DNA of 64,000 bases from Candidatus Micrarchaeia archaeon (GTDB lineage: Archaea > Micrarchaeota > Micrarchaeia > CAILAH01), in NCBI GenBank assembly GCA_038874595.1, contig JAVZCB010000006.1, forward strand, positions 1 through 64,000. The letters run 5' to 3'. Below are positions 1 through 9,102 of the stretch, in pieces; within the stretch, counting starts at the first letter, position 1, and every line of letters begins with the position of its first letter. A program made the translations under genes and the position numbers. The notes below the pieces were generated by a model that was not told the DNA's origin, did no database searches, and worked only from the letters and a program-made list of their open reading frames with translations.

Positions 1-364
1 AATTTATCTAGTATGGAGAAATTTGGATAGTGCTACTGGTAAAATAAATTATAAAGAGCTAGTAAACACAGTCCTCACAAAAGATCATTTGTTTGTTGAG
101 GAGGTAAGAATGGATGACGATTTTATCTACGTTACCGTAGGTAGCACAGGTTCATATAGCGGGAAACCATTCATAAAAACCATAAAGATAAGCAAAGAAG
201 AACTAATTGAGCAAGAAGATCCACCTATTTTGAAACTACCTGAATATCTGAGAGATATTCAACGTATGAAAGAAGGGCAGGCGTGCTTTAATAATTACCT
301 TTCTAACAATAATCCCTTTTATCTAACAATAATGGGTGAGAGTAATAATGAGGATAATAAGTGA
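1..364 (+). CDS. Hypothetical protein, 3' part (frame open to the left window edge)
   Basis: No in-frame stop between position 2 and the TGA at 362-364; AT-rich; no recognisable motif. Confidence 0.55.
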   Translation, partial: IYLVWRNLDSATGKINYKELVNTVLTKDHLFVEEVRMDDDFIYVTVGSTGSYSGKPFIKTIKISKEELIEQEDPPILKLPEYLRDIQRMKEGQACFNNYLSNNNPFYLTIMGESNNEDNK

Positions 365-424
365 TTAATGATTTTTTACCATTTTATTATTTTAGTTAAA
401 TAAGAGAGGTTTTACAATACTAAT

Positions 425-1450
425 TTAGATATGTAACACCACACTTGCAAGTGCTAGCAGGCCCGCAACTATTTGTATCCCAATTAGCATCAAAACGAGC
501 TGTACTTCTGTGGGCTTGAACATTTTCATTAGCAGGTGCGTAAGCGAGTGCGTAGGCCCTGTATAAGTGAGCCGGCCGTTTACAGGTGTCCCATAATTCT
601 CAGCCTTGAACAGTGATAGAGCTTTCAGGAAGAACTCAGCAATTTGTGGCAGCATCAGGATAACCCCGGCCTTCTCAATATTTGCAATTATCACAATTGC
701 AGCAATAGCCGCACCTATCAAATAGGTTGTAATATTGCCAGGGAATATTTGTGCAGGGTACCAATTAAACATTAGAAATGCGAGGAGTGCACCCAGCAGT
801 GCAACCGCCAGGAAAAGTGCGGTTGTATGTGCAGGTCCCTTATCATTTATTGAGAGCAGGATTAGTATTAGGAAAACGCATATTACCGCTCCGGTACCAG
901 CCTCAAGGCCATTAAACCCAGCCAGGATATTGATGAGGTTTGAGCACGCAATCACGCCGAGCGGTATAAGAACCAGCACATATATGTTAAGCCCGACCGG
1001 CCCAAGGAACGGCAGAATGATTGTCCCAAGTGATAAGCTTACATTTCCGATGAAAGGCAGCGACATTGAAGAGACGCCTACCTTAACTAGCATTAACGGT
1101 AATGCAGCGAACAGTGGTAATATTATCCTATATATCTCAGGTATATCAAGCAAATCGTCAGCCAGGCCGAGGAATGCAATCAGCGATACAGATAGCGCGG
1201 CTGCAAGAAGCGCCTCTGGCGCAATACTGTTTTGTGTTAATTGCAGGGGCAATAGGAACGCAACGATAAATCCCAGGAATACAGCAATCCCACCAATTTT
1301 GGCAACTTTTGGATTGCCCTCCTTGTTCATATCACCTGACACAATTCCTTTGCTCTTTAATCTTCTGATGAGTGGCGGCAGTGCTATGAGCGTAAGTGCG
1401 AATGCCACTACCCACACAATAACCAGCGCATATGCGATATCAATATTCAT
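425..1450 (-). CDS. UDP-GlcNAc:dolichyl-phosphate GlcNAc-1-phosphotransferase (glycosyltransferase family 4, AglH/DPAGT1-like)
   Basis: Polytopic membrane protein with GxxDD, NxxAGFNGLE and FNWYPAQIFPGN motifs; likely ATG at 1450 (MNIDIAY...). Confidence 0.9.
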   Translation of the reverse strand: MNIDIAYALVIVWVVAFALTLIALPPLIRRLKSKGIVSGDMNKEGNPKVAKIGGIAVFLGFIVAFLLPLQLTQNSIAPEALLAAALSVSLIAFLGLADDLLDIPEIYRIILPLFAALPLMLVKVGVSSMSLPFIGNVSLSLGTIILPFLGPVGLNIYVLVLIPLGVIACSNLINILAGFNGLEAGTGAVICVFLILILLSINDKGPAHTTALFLAVALLGALLAFLMFNWYPAQIFPGNITTYLIGAAIAAIVIIANIEKAGVILMLPQIAEFFLKALSLFKAENYGTPVNGRLTYTGPTHSLTHLLMKMFKPTEVQLVLMLIGIQIVAGLLALASVVLHI

Positions 1451-1480
1451 ATGTTTTAATTTTTTGGGGGGAATATTTAT

Positions 1481-2137
1481 ATGATGAAGGTTGAGATGCA
1501 CGCACATACCCACTATTCTTCCGATGGTCTAATCACATTGAGCGAAGCCAGGAAAGCAATAAAGAGTGGCAAGGTTGATGTTATAGCCATAACAGACCAC
1601 GATACGGTTGCAGGGTGGCGCGAGTTTAAGGGGAAAGAATTCATCAAAGGCATTGAAAAGACCATTGAGGAGGATGACGGAAGTAAGTTCCATCTTCTCA
1701 TCTATTTTCTTAATTCGGATATACCACACAAGAAGTTTTATGAAGTTATAGATGATGCGCGCGACCAGGATGCGTTTGTTGCGATTGCACATCCATACGA
1801 CACATTGAGGAAAGCACCAAACCCAGAGAAGCTTGATGAGTACGGCAGGTACGTTGATGGTGTGGAATGCATCAACGCGAGGATGTGCATCCCGCGTGGC
1901 AACAAGAAAGCGCTCGAGTTTGCATCCCGGCACAATCTCATCAAGATTGCCGGTTCTGATGCACATCACTGGAGTGAAATCGGCACTGCATACGTTGAAG
2001 CCAACGCCGGGAGTGTTGAGGAGTTTAGGAAGATGCTCAAGCTAGGCAGGGTTGAGATTAAGGGCGGCCTTTCACCGATATACGTGCATACCTTTTCAAC
2101 ATTAAGAAAGCACAAGATACTACATCCAAAAAAATAG
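1481..2137 (+). CDS. PHP-domain metal-dependent phosphoesterase
   Basis: HAHTHYSSDG, ITDHD, AHP and GSDAH motifs. Confidence 0.9.
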   Translation: MMKVEMHAHTHYSSDGLITLSEARKAIKSGKVDVIAITDHDTVAGWREFKGKEFIKGIEKTIEEDDGSKFHLLIYFLNSDIPHKKFYEVIDDARDQDAFVAIAHPYDTLRKAPNPEKLDEYGRYVDGVECINARMCIPRGNKKALEFASRHNLIKIAGSDAHHWSEIGTAYVEANAGSVEEFRKMLKLGRVEIKGGLSPIYVHTFSTLRKHKILHPKK

Positions 2138-2144
2138 CCGGAAA

Positions 2145-2274
2145 TGGAGGGGAAGGGATTTGAACCCTCGAACCCGCTAGGGGACCAAGCTTTCCACACG
2201 TTTTTGGTGCAGTTTTGATGCATCCAAAGAAAGTGCCCTGAACCTGGCGCGTTTGACCACTCCGCCACCCCTCC
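2145..2274 (-). tRNA. tRNA-Leu(CAG) with a 46-nt intron at 37/38 (intron 2191-2236)
   Basis: GGAGGGG/CCCCTCC acceptor stem, CCAGG-TT-CAG-G anticodon arm, long variable arm, TTCAAAT T-loop, discriminator A; clean bulge-helix-bulge (TTCA/TGGA, then CAC/GTG). Confidence 0.93.
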
Positions 2275-2362
2275 ATATAGGCATATCCACCCAATATGCT
2301 TGCCGGGAGTTTTCTGGCAAGCCCAGGAACCTCCAGGAGAAACTTAGCGGCGAAAATAGGAG

Positions 2363-2436
2363 CGGGCCCAGAGGGATTTGAACCCTCGACCATCAGATTA
2401 AGAGTCTGCCGCTCTACCAAGCTGAGCTATGGGCCC
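2363..2436 (-). tRNA. tRNA-Lys(CTT), intronless
   Basis: GGGCCCA/TGGGCCC acceptor stem, CT-CTT-AA anticodon loop, GAGGG-TTCAAAT-CCCTC T arm; no encoded CCA. Confidence 0.96.
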
Positions 2437-2533
2437 AGATGGTATTTTTAAAAAAGAAATATTTTTTAAATGTGCCATGTCTAATGCATGGAGCTGCTTT
2501 CTGCTACACATATCCAAGGATTAATTTTTATAA

Positions 2534-3073
2534 CTAGAGAAGTGCTGCCATAGCCAGGTATCCCATATACGCAAACACCGCAACCTTGATTATTTTACCG
2601 AGGGCACACGCAATGAAATATTTCCACCAGGGATACTTGATAGCACCAGCGGCAATTCCTGCAATATCAAACAGCGGGTTTGGGATAAGCGCCAGGAAAA
2701 ATATCATTGCAAACGCGCGGTCCTTCTCAGTAAGCTTGCTTTTCATTCTCTCATATTCCTGCATTTTCCCATTAATAACATCAACACCACCATACCCTGC
2801 CAGGTAACCTGTGAATTCACCGAGTGCACTTCCAAGCCCACCGGCAATACCTACGAGCAACGGGTTTGCGAACGCACCCGCTACTGTTGCAACTGCCAGC
2901 CCAGGAACAGGAAGTATCACAGTAGCACTCGTAATAAGCATAACTACAAAGACACCGAGGTATCCGAGAGTGCCCCACTCATATTCAGAGAGTATATGCT
3001 GGTTTGCAATGATTAGGATAGGTATGGCAAGTGCAAGTGCCAGTATGATGAGCCCCCTCACTTTTTTATTCAC
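2534..3073 (-). CDS. DedA/VTT (SNARE-associated) family membrane protein
   Basis: LPVP, GxxLGExxGYxxG and PNPLFDIAGIAAG motifs; start uncertain (GTG 3073 or 3103). Confidence 0.85.
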   Translation of the reverse strand: MNKKVRGLIILALALAIPILIIANQHILSEYEWGTLGYLGVFVVMLITSATVILPVPGLAVATVAGAFANPLLVGIAGGLGSALGEFTGYLAGYGGVDVINGKMQEYERMKSKLTEKDRAFAMIFFLALIPNPLFDIAGIAAGAIKYPWWKYFIACALGKIIKVAVFAYMGYLAMAALL

Positions 3074-3077
3074 AGGA

Positions 3078-4178
3078 TTACCTCTTACCAAAGTAATATG
3101 CAAGCGAATTTAATATAATGCTGCCCATTAGTGTTGTCCTGTGCGCACTCATAATAAGTGCTAGCACACCAACAGCAGTGGCAGCCCCAAGAACAAGCAG
3201 GCCAGTAGCACCGGTTGTAAGAAACACCAGCATAACCAGGTAACTGCCAAGCACGAGTTTCATTGATGAATGCGTGAATGTTGCGAAGAACTCAATCGCC
3301 GTGCGCAGGTTACGGATAATTACGAGTGCGGTTATCCCGAACGCCGCAGCACCGAGCAGTGCAATCATAAAATCACCGAACAGGAAGGTACGGTACATCT
3401 CCTGTGCGATTATTGCAGTGCCAACACGCGCCTTCCCGATTATGTCAATCATCACAATCGAGAATATGAGCGTTGATGCGTTGATTGCACCGAGCGCAGT
3501 AACGAACTCATCCTCGCGTATCTTCGTGAACAGGCCAGCCATAACAACAATTATTGTAGGTGTGGCTATACCCGGAACCAGGTATGCAAGTGCTGTAAGA
3601 ACCACCGCAACAAAAGGGACCCATAACCGTATACTCACCTTAAATTTCTCCTCGGCTTGCAGTACACGCGTTTTGAGCATTAGCATTGGCAGTGTGAAGA
3701 ACCCTACAAACATAGGGAAGACGAGGTTCTGTTGTGTGCTGTCCCCAAGCACGAGCATCCCGAGCAGGCCAGCAACTGCAAACGCAATCACATTGGCGAT
3801 GCTAAAACTGCTGAGCAGGAGCAGTGAGACAATGAAAAGTAGGACCAGGAACATGTTTTCCTGAAAGAAAGGTATTAGGATAGGCATCAGCACAGCCAAG
3901 AAAGGGATGAGAACGATACATATGCCAACCGCTATTATCCCTCCCATCAGGTACGAGTAGACGCCTTTCCCCACCTCGCCTTTCGCTGATAACTGTTGTG
4001 CCGCTGTGGGCGCAATCCCTGTTGCACCATCAGGTATGTTGATAGCTATCGAGTAAATAGAATCAAGCGCAACAGAAATCCCATATAAAACGTAAAGCAT
4101 TGCTGCCCCCGTAACCCCCCCAACACCAAAATGGTACATAATTTCTGCAACGGTGTTGATGTGGATTCCGGGTATCAT
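3078..4178 (-). CDS. TctA-like / DUF112 tripartite tricarboxylate transporter permease family
   Basis: IPGIHINT signature, polytopic membrane protein, GKARxG motif. Confidence 0.75.
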   Translation of the reverse strand: MIPGIHINTVAEIMYHFGVGGVTGAAMLYVLYGISVALDSIYSIAINIPDGATGIAPTAAQQLSAKGEVGKGVYSYLMGGIIAVGICIVLIPFLAVLMPILIPFFQENMFLVLLFIVSLLLLSSFSIANVIAFAVAGLLGMLVLGDSTQQNLVFPMFVGFFTLPMLMLKTRVLQAEEKFKVSIRLWVPFVAVVLTALAYLVPGIATPTIIVVMAGLFTKIREDEFVTALGAINASTLIFSIVMIDIIGKARVGTAIIAQEMYRTFLFGDFMIALLGAAAFGITALVIIRNLRTAIEFFATFTHSSMKLVLGSYLVMLVFLTTGATGLLVLGAATAVGVLALIMSAHRTTLMGSIILNSLAYYFGKR

Positions 4179-4255
4179 ATAAACACATCATATGGGTGCA
4201 GCCAAGCGCCTTTTATTACGTCTTATGCTGTGAGGCATACCAATATGCACGCACG

Positions 4256-6625
4256 CTAAGCGGTGGTTACTTTTACGTTCTCGCCTTCGGTGAACTCAAT
4301 TTTGCCAACCTTGCCTATGTGCTCTGCCTCTGCAGATATCTGCTGTGCATATCCCATCTTGTCTTTTGGTACTGTGATTGTAAGCAAGGGCACTTCATCC
4401 TTGAGCGACATCTTCCTGGTGCTCTTATATTTCCTTATCTCGCCAACAACAAGCTCAAGCAGGTTGCCTGCACTCTCGCTTTCATCATCAAGCCGGTCTG
4501 GCTCATTTTTAGGCCATGTGCACAAGTGTATGCTCTCGCATTTCTCACTTTTAGCAAACAGCTGCGAGTAAATCTCCTCGGTGGTGAACGCCATCACGGG
4601 TGCGAGCAGCTTGAGCGACTCGTTAAGCACCGTTAGGAGCGTTTTCTGTGCACCGCGCTTGCTCTTCTCATCCGTCCCATAAATTCTATACTTTATGAAT
4701 TCTAAGTAGTTGTCACAGAAATCGTGCCAGAAGAAGTTCTGGAGCTCGCTTATCGCATTGAAATAGTCATACTCCTCGTAATGTTTCGAAGCGCTCTCCT
4801 TCACACGCTCAAACTTGCTGAGTATCCACTTATCAGAGATTGTATATTCAACCGGCCCATCACCGTAATCTTTGCACGCGCCTTCAACAAACCTGGATGC
4901 ATTCCATACCTTATTGATGAATGACTGTGCAAACTTCATATCCTGGTAATTGAACGGCCGGTCATGCGTTGATGCACCGCTCATTGCAACCCAGATACGC
5001 ACCGCATCCGCAGAATACTTGTCAATGAGCTCGAGCGGGTCCACAATATTCCCGAGCGATTTGCTCATCTTCTTGTTATCCGGCCCCAGCACGTTACCGT
5101 TCAGCAAAAGCTCTCTGAACGGTGCCTTCCCTGTAAGCATAAGGCACCTGTAAATCGTATAGAACGCCCATGAGCGTATGATTTCAATGCCCTGCGGTCT
5201 CAGTGTTGCGGGGTAATACTTCTCCCACCCTTTCTCAGGCCAGCCCGCAATTATAAGTGGTGTTATTGAAGAATCAACCCAGCAATCGCACGTGCTCTGT
5301 TCCGGCACCATATCAGCACCGCATTTGCATTTTACGCCTTTTCGTGCGGTTTCAGGCCTGAACGGGAGCTCACTCTCCTCGGCAGCCCTGCTCGCACCGC
5401 ACTTCGGGCATACGTAGAAAGGCAACGGCGTGCCGAAATACCTCTGCCTTGAAATTACCCAGTCCCACTCAACAAAATTTGTCCAGTCAACCAAGTATTG
5501 CAGCGTGAACTCAGGAATCCATCTCATCTCCTTTGCGGCTTTGATAATGTCGCGCTGGAACCCGTCAACCTTGCAGAACCACTGGTCAGAGTTGATAAGC
5601 TCAATCGGCTTCTTGCACCTGTCATGCACTTTAACAACCTGCCTGAGTGGTTCAACCTTTACAACCTTGCCTTCAGCCTCCAGTTTTTCCATTATCTTCT
5701 TCCTTGCTTCGTGCAGTGTTAAGCCGTTGAACTCTCCAGCATTAACAAGCCTACCGGAGCTATCAATCGCATTTATTATTGGCAGGTTATGCCTGTACGC
5801 CCATACTACATCCTGCTTATCACCAAACGTGCATACCATTACAATACCGCTCCCAAACTCCTTGTCCACATCAACATCCGATATTACCTTCACTTTCTTC
5901 CCAAGCGGCGTGATGATATCCTTCCCTATAAGGTGCGCATTCCTCTCATCATCAGGATGCACAAAAACCGCAACACAGGCGTGCAGGTACTCGGGCCGCG
6001 TGGTTGCAATTATCACATCGGTCCCATCCTCAAGCGTGAATTTGATATGGTTGAGCTTTGTCTCACGCTCAACATCCTCAGTCTCGGATTTTGCGATTGC
6101 ACTCTTACAGTCAACGCACCAAAATACCGGATGCGTGCCCTTATATACAAGATTCTGTTCGTACATTTTGAGCAATGACAGCTGTACTTTTTTATGGTAC
6201 TCTGGTGTCATTGTGATGTATTCACGTTTCCAATCAGCAGAGAACCCCATCCGTTTCATCTGGCTGCGCATCACGTCTATATACTCATAAGTCCACTCAA
6301 CACACCGTTTCACGAACTCTTCCCGCGGAAGGCCCTTCCCGAACTTTGCCTCCACTTTAACTTCGGTTGGGAACCCTTGCGTATCCCACCCTTGCGGGTA
6401 TAGCACATTAAACCCATTCATCCTCTTGAACCGCGCAGCAAAATCAAACAGCGAATATGAGAGCACGTGGCCCATATGTAATTTTCCTGATGTGAATGGT
6501 GGGGGCGTATCTATAATATAAAGAGGCCTCCCAGGCAATTCTTTATACTCGTAAATATTTGTTGAATACCATTTTTGAACCCATTTCTCTTCCAATTTCT
6601 TATCGTAAGCATCCATCTTTTGCAC
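4256..6625 (-). CDS. valS: Valyl-tRNA synthetase
   Basis: DTPPP, HMGH, ATTRPE, WxISRQR and KMSKS motifs; start 6625 or ATG 6616. Confidence 0.96.
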   Translation of the reverse strand: MQKMDAYDKKLEEKWVQKWYSTNIYEYKELPGRPLYIIDTPPPFTSGKLHMGHVLSYSLFDFAARFKRMNGFNVLYPQGWDTQGFPTEVKVEAKFGKGLPREEFVKRCVEWTYEYIDVMRSQMKRMGFSADWKREYITMTPEYHKKVQLSLLKMYEQNLVYKGTHPVFWCVDCKSAIAKSETEDVERETKLNHIKFTLEDGTDVIIATTRPEYLHACVAVFVHPDDERNAHLIGKDIITPLGKKVKVISDVDVDKEFGSGIVMVCTFGDKQDVVWAYRHNLPIINAIDSSGRLVNAGEFNGLTLHEARKKIMEKLEAEGKVVKVEPLRQVVKVHDRCKKPIELINSDQWFCKVDGFQRDIIKAAKEMRWIPEFTLQYLVDWTNFVEWDWVISRQRYFGTPLPFYVCPKCGASRAAEESELPFRPETARKGVKCKCGADMVPEQSTCDCWVDSSITPLIIAGWPEKGWEKYYPATLRPQGIEIIRSWAFYTIYRCLMLTGKAPFRELLLNGNVLGPDNKKMSKSLGNIVDPLELIDKYSADAVRIWVAMSGASTHDRPFNYQDMKFAQSFINKVWNASRFVEGACKDYGDGPVEYTISDKWILSKFERVKESASKHYEEYDYFNAISELQNFFWHDFCDNYLEFIKYRIYGTDEKSKRGAQKTLLTVLNESLKLLAPVMAFTTEEIYSQLFAKSEKCESIHLCTWPKNEPDRLDDESESAGNLLELVVGEIRKYKSTRKMSLKDEVPLLTITVPKDKMGYAQQISAEAEHIGKVGKIEFTEGENVKVTTA

Positions 6626-6684
6626 CTTGTAGTGTATATTTGGATGGGAAAAACATTTTTAACCTAATATGCGTAAATACGTTT

Positions 6685-7113
6685 ATGCATTTCAGAGGGC
6701 AAGCGAGTACGGAAGCACTCATCGTGATGGGGTTTGCAGTTGTCCTGGTATTTGTGCTCATATATGCGGTGCTACCTGTAATGGCCGATTTTTCGCAGTT
6801 CTCTGAATCGGCACAGGCTGAGCGCTCGCTTTCAAGGATTGCAGGCACTATTGATGCTGCAAGCTCGTACGGGCCTGGGACAAACACCACGTTATATGTA
6901 TATCTCCCGCGCGGCACGCTGAGCTATAATGATAAAGTGCTCAGCTTCAAAATAGAAAGCAGTAAGACCCAGGTGGTAAAGAAAGTTGTTGCAAACGTTG
7001 AGCTGAAGAACAATGCAGCCAACCCCGGGACCGGCATCTCGGATGCTGGCACAAAGCGCGTTTCAATAGCCTCTAAGGATGACTTAAGCGGTGTCCGCGT
7101 AGTTATTGACTAA
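6685..7113 (+). CDS. Type IV pilin-like protein (class III signal peptide)
   Basis: MHFRG/QASTE followed by a hydrophobic helix; ATG at 6685. Confidence 0.8.
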   Translation: MHFRGQASTEALIVMGFAVVLVFVLIYAVLPVMADFSQFSESAQAERSLSRIAGTIDAASSYGPGTNTTLYVYLPRGTLSYNDKVLSFKIESSKTQVVKKVVANVELKNNAANPGTGISDAGTKRVSIASKDDLSGVRVVID

Positions 7114-7126
7114 TTTAATCAAACAC

Positions 7127-8221
7127 CTACTCCCTTCTTTTATCCCTTTCGCGCTCTTTTGCAATATCCCTGGTCTTTGTATGGGTCTTTTTTATTACAG
7201 TGATGAGCTCCTGGACTGCACCCTGCGTGGCGCTCCTGATATCCCAATCTGCGTTTGATACTGAGATTGTCTTATCTCCTTTCGCGCGCACTTTGACCTC
7301 ATACCTGCTCCTCAATCCCTTATACCTGAGCTTCTTGTAATGTATCGCAACATACTCAATCCTTGCAAAGTTCTCTATCTTCTCCAGTGCTTTCTCAACC
7401 GTAGACTTTATCTCAGGAAGGTACTCTTCATCAGCACGGTCAAGCCCGCTGAAGTAAACACGCTCCTCCTCTTTCTTTGCAGCAACAATCTCAAACAAGT
7501 CTCTTACACTCACTATTCCAATCGGCCGAGTGCCTTCAGCGATTACAACTGATGATGCATCAGTATCCTGCAATAGCTGCACGGCATCTGAAACTAGCGC
7601 GAGCGGTGATAGCGTGTGCACCTCTGTGTTCATATAATCACGTATCGGCTGCCTGTCAGAACTCACTTTATCCTTAACGAAAGGCGGCCTATCCTTTTTT
7701 GACTCTGCTATGACAAGCAGGTCACGCATTGCAACAATCCCTGCAAGCTTACTGCCTTCAGTTACAACAACCCTCCTCACATGGTTCTTGCGCATGATTT
7801 CCTTTGCCTTCCCAACAGTTTCCTTGTGGTCCACGGTGTAGAGCGGCACGGTCATTATCTCCCCTAGCTTTACATTAGGCAGGAGATTCTGCTTTAGCAG
7901 GTATTTGAGGAACTTGTTCCTGCGTATTATCTTCCACCCATCCTTTGTTCTTATGGGCAGCGCCTTATACCTGCCGTCAAGGAATGTCCGGACAGCCTCC
8001 CGCGCATCTGCACCCTCACTGAGCAGCGGCGCTTTCTCGCACACTGTCCCAAGCTTCTCTTTTGAAGTGTCTATAACCTCATTAACGTTAATATCACTGA
8101 ACACGCCCATATATTCCCCGTTTTTTGTAACAATAACGCACGGCTCACCTTTCATTATCTTCCCAATAGCTGAAGATACTGGCTCATTTGCATCCATAAC
8201 AACTGCATCCTCAAACTCCAT
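7127..8221 (-). CDS. Four-CBS-domain protein with a C-terminal HPF/RaiA-like domain (probable ribosome hibernation factor)
   Basis: Tandem CBS repeats, then a beta/alpha domain (EKALEKI...RYEVKVR...WDIRSATQGAVQEL) and a basic tail. Confidence 0.75.
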   Translation of the reverse strand: MEFEDAVVMDANEPVSSAIGKIMKGEPCVIVTKNGEYMGVFSDINVNEVIDTSKEKLGTVCEKAPLLSEGADAREAVRTFLDGRYKALPIRTKDGWKIIRRNKFLKYLLKQNLLPNVKLGEIMTVPLYTVDHKETVGKAKEIMRKNHVRRVVVTEGSKLAGIVAMRDLLVIAESKKDRPPFVKDKVSSDRQPIRDYMNTEVHTLSPLALVSDAVQLLQDTDASSVVIAEGTRPIGIVSVRDLFEIVAAKKEEERVYFSGLDRADEEYLPEIKSTVEKALEKIENFARIEYVAIHYKKLRYKGLRSRYEVKVRAKGDKTISVSNADWDIRSATQGAVQELITVIKKTHTKTRDIAKERERDKRRE

Positions 8222-8237
8222 ACGCTCACCTTTTTGT

Positions 8238-8561
8238 TTACCTCCTGCCTACCTTTGCAGACAGGAACTTATAATCCTCATCATTCATAATGAGTGTCAT
8301 CTCCATCGTGTTCCCCATAAAGTTGTAATACTTAATCAAAACTTCAAATTTTGACTGTGCAAGCGCTCTCTGCACACTTATCCCTTCAATAAAAGACCTG
8401 TGCAACGGCATCTTAAAATTACCCTGCTCAAAAACAAGGCCATCATCAAAAACGGTTATTTCTCCGTGTTTCTCGTGCGAGTCACCGGAGTAAATAGGCA
8501 TCCTCCTAAGCTCATTTCCGAAAGTGTGCGCCATGCCGTACCACCATTTATACTTCCTCAA
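8238..8561 (-). CDS. Hypothetical protein (beta-rich with C-terminal helix, possibly PH-like)
   Basis: ORF fills the gap, co-oriented with the CBS gene. Confidence 0.65.
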   Translation of the reverse strand: MRKYKWWYGMAHTFGNELRRMPIYSGDSHEKHGEITVFDDGLVFEQGNFKMPLHRSFIEGISVQRALAQSKFEVLIKYYNFMGNTMEMTLIMNDEDYKFLSAKVGRR

Positions 8562-8597
8562 TATAGGTTTATTAATTTATAATCCATATTCTCATAT

Positions 8598-9065
8598 ATG
8601 AGTTGCAAGCGCGCACAGTCTTCTGTTGAATACCTTATGACCTACGGTTGGGCGTTCATAATACTCCTTGCTGTGATAGCAATACTATACTCGTTTGGAG
8701 TGTTTAACCCACAGCAGTATATGGCGGAGGAGTGCCTATTTCAACCAAGCTTACAGTGCAAATCAATGAGCTTATCAACAAGGGGCGATTTCTCGCTTGT
8801 CCTTACTAACGGGCTGGGATACAGGATACGCATTAATGAAGTGTCGCTTGATATGCTCAGCACTGGCCAGAAAGGCGTTAAGGGGCAGGCAAGTGCATTT
8901 GCTGACCCAAACGGCCAGATTACAATTAACGCAAAATTCGATGATAAGGGGACTTTCCGCACATCAACACTTGAGAAAGTGAAGGTTACACTGACATACC
9001 AGATAGATGGGAGCAGTGATGTTTATACAACAAGCGGTGTCGTTGCGGTGCGCACCGGTGCGTAA
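8598..9065 (+). CDS. Type IV pilin-like protein (class III signal peptide)
   Basis: KRA/QSSVEYLMTYGWA. Confidence 0.88.
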   Translation: MSCKRAQSSVEYLMTYGWAFIILLAVIAILYSFGVFNPQQYMAEECLFQPSLQCKSMSLSTRGDFSLVLTNGLGYRIRINEVSLDMLSTGQKGVKGQASAFADPNGQITINAKFDDKGTFRTSTLEKVKVTLTYQIDGSSDVYTTSGVVAVRTGA

Positions 9066-9102
9066 AACAACAAAATGTGCAACTGCGCAACACATGCATA
9101 CA

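Noticed and set aside
735-1484. Long antisense ORFs (also 5430-6290, 17915-18961, 46828-47607, 50814-51557 and others)
   Set aside because: Shadows of well-supported genes on the opposite strand
2145-2274. tRNA-Sec (UCA) or tRNA-Ser reading of the long-arm tRNA
   Set aside because: Stem register and BHB place CAG at 34-36, and the discriminator is A, consistent with Leu
2296-2322. Hairpin gcttgccgg/ctggcaagc between tRNA-Lys and tRNA-Leu
   Set aside because: Single hairpin in a tRNA spacer, with no second copy or other support
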